A DNA stretch of 64,000 bases from Malacoraja senta (Eukaryota): contig CM075992.1 of NCBI GenBank assembly GCA_038087875.1, forward strand, positions 4,590,001 through 4,654,000, given 5' to 3'. Under the pieces are notes generated by a model. It saw nothing but the letters and a program-made list of their open reading frames with translations. It had not been told where the DNA came from and did no database searches. Below are positions 63,432 through 64,000 of the stretch, in pieces. Position numbers and translations under genes: made by a program. Each line of letters begins with the position of its first letter. Within the stretch, counting starts at the first letter, position 1.

Positions 63432-63900
63432 TAAGTATAGTTGTGTACTTAACGAGGCAATCAGGAGAGTTAAAAGAAGGTGTAAAATCTGACAATTAAA
63501 GTAAAGGAAATTCCGAAGTGATTCTACCAGTATATTCAAAGTAAATGCAAGGCTAGGGAAAAAATTGGTCCCCATAAAGATCCCCATGGCCATCTTGGTA
63601 TAGAGTCACAAGAGATATTATCGGACATTATCTTGCAATAAATGTTGTACCCTTCATCCTTTATCTGTGCATTGTGGACGTCTTGCTTGTATTAATGTAT
63701 AGCCTCTTTGACTGGATGCAACACAAACCAAACCTTTTCAATGTACCTCAGAGCACATGACAGTAATAAACTAAACTAAAATCAAAATATTCAAGCTAAG
63801 CTTTTCCTTTCATTAGAAACCATTTCACTTTCTCCCTCATTTGTAAAACCCTTTTATTCCAACAGGGATACTCCCTTTTAGAAAATAATTCAATACTTAC

Positions 63901-64000
63901 TTCGACTTAAACTCAGTCTGCTTTTGTAAAGCTGTTCCAGATATTTGTGAACATTTTCACAACAGTGCAAGAAGGCAACAACGCATTCTTTTCCCTTTTG
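63901..64000 (-). CDS. C3: C3 exon 17-equivalent, partial (C-terminal half of C3a and convertase site): QKGKECVVAFLHCCENVHKYLEQLYKSRLSLSR|S
   Basis: Anaphylatoxin C..AFLxCC motif; ends CGA A|gtaagt (phase 1). 5' part lies outside the window. Confidence 0.9.

Larger units (their letters stand above)
115..64000 (-). other. C3: Complement C3(-like) gene, internal part (exons equivalent to human C3 exons 17-26; exons 23-25 present twice); continues beyond both window ends
   Basis: Exons read by hand on the minus strand join in frame with AG acceptors and GT (one GC) donors. They give C3 hallmarks: CC..LSLSR|S C3a end, [77 protein letters not shown]. Confidence 0.95.

Noticed and set aside
115..64000. 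Assignment to C4, C5 or alpha-2-macroglobulin instead of C3
   Set aside because: The thioester excludes C5 and the anaphylatoxin domain excludes A2[26 protein letters not shown] and the exon sizes fit C3 better than C4 despite the Asp. A phylogeny would confirm.

Overview
Vertebrate, repeat-rich genomic DNA, not prokaryotic. The CR1/SINE/Penelope repeat mix suggests a cartilaginous fish such as a skate or ray (inference). The minus strand carries the middle of a complement C3 gene. Ten exon positions run from the end of C3a (63901-64000, ...LSLSR|S) through the alpha-NT/MG6-MG7/CUB regions and the thioester exon (GCGEQ) to the catalytic-residue exon (115-274). They match human C3 exons 17-26 in sequence and phase, and mostly in length (human numbering and sizes from recall). 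The main observation is that exons 23, 24 (thioester) and 25 occur twice, as copy A (36783-44841) and copy B (2277-28708), on either side of a 200-N gap. Both copies are intact with intact splice sites. They differ mostly by amino-acid-changing substitutions (15 aa changes versus 4 silent) and by about 18 kb of mostly transposon sequence present only in copy B. They could be an alternative thioester cassette, two paralogues, or two divergent haplotypes joined at the gap; this window cannot decide. The C3 has Asp at the catalytic His position, a GC-AG intron and a shortened exon 22. The introns hold an intact L1, full-length and truncated CR1s, a DIRS element with ITR/ICR structure, several Helitrons, a Tc1, MITEs, SINEs and Penelope-derived foldbacks with hammerhead-like cores.
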